A model generated the notes under the pieces. It ran no database searches and was not told the origin of the DNA. It saw nothing but the letters and a program-made list of their open reading frames with translations. This document shows positions 63,700-64,000 of a stretch of 64,000 nt of DNA, piece by piece (within the stretch, counting starts at the first letter, position 1; each line of letters starts with the position of its first letter). The stretch covers positions 212,910,001 through 212,974,000 of the forward strand of contig NC_086097.1 of NCBI RefSeq assembly GCF_963921235.1. Reading direction: 5' to 3'. Origin of the DNA: Mobula hypostoma. Its lineage: Eukaryota. The translations under genes were made by a program, and so were the position numbers.

Positions 63700-64000
63700 A
63701 TGCCTTTCTCAGCCTCATTCTACCCCAAAGTGTTTTACGGCCAGGTTTTGAAGAATAGTCACTGTTGTAATGTGGGGACATGACAACCAAGCTCCCATTA
63801 ATAGTAAAATAATAATAACTAGAAAATACTTTGTACTCATTTGCAGGATGTAGATGGCAATGGCATCATTTATTCTTGTATGTTATTGCCCCTGGGAAGT
63901 TGGTGACAGGTCTCCTTCTTAAACTTCAGCAGCCCGTCTGGTGAAGGTACTCCTGTGGTGTTGATGGATAGTGGTCCTGGATCCAGACCCCACAACAACA
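63700..64000. mobile_element. Old SINE tail + LINE (L2/CR1-like) fragment
   Basis: CCCAAAGTGTTTTAC..GTCACTGTTGTAATGT SINE tail; 63860-64000 resembles 10495-10600. Confidence 0.45.

Overview
Eukaryotic (vertebrate) genomic DNA, AT-rich and very repeat-dense. The CR1 LINE, Rex1, Penelope and DeuSINE-like families point to a cartilaginous fish, probably a ray (inference). No host protein-coding gene was recognised; almost every ORF in the track is a fragment of, or antisense to, a retroelement. CR1 LINEs dominate, including a near full-length, TSD-flanked copy at 33469-37489 (-) with an SGNH-esterase ORF1 and a broken EN-RT ORF2. Also present are Rex1 LINEs and their non-autonomous derivatives, two REL-endonuclease LINE relics (HERO-like, R4/Rex6-like), a Penelope relic, solo LTRs, a Harbinger MITE, Tc1/Tigger-type elements and SINEs, many of them nested. 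The main finding is a self-cleaving ribozyme layer in non-coding retroelements. An HDV-like double-pseudoknot ribozyme at 31633-31725 lies inside a ~600-bp ORF-less element. Several decayed minimal hammerhead motifs lie in a Penelope terminal repeat and in short Penelope-derived elements, some palindromic. An isolated 28-bp hairpin (17072-17144), candidate exons and possible conserved non-coding blocks are lower-confidence leads. Family names come from recognising sequence motifs, not from a database search, and many repeat boundaries are approximate.
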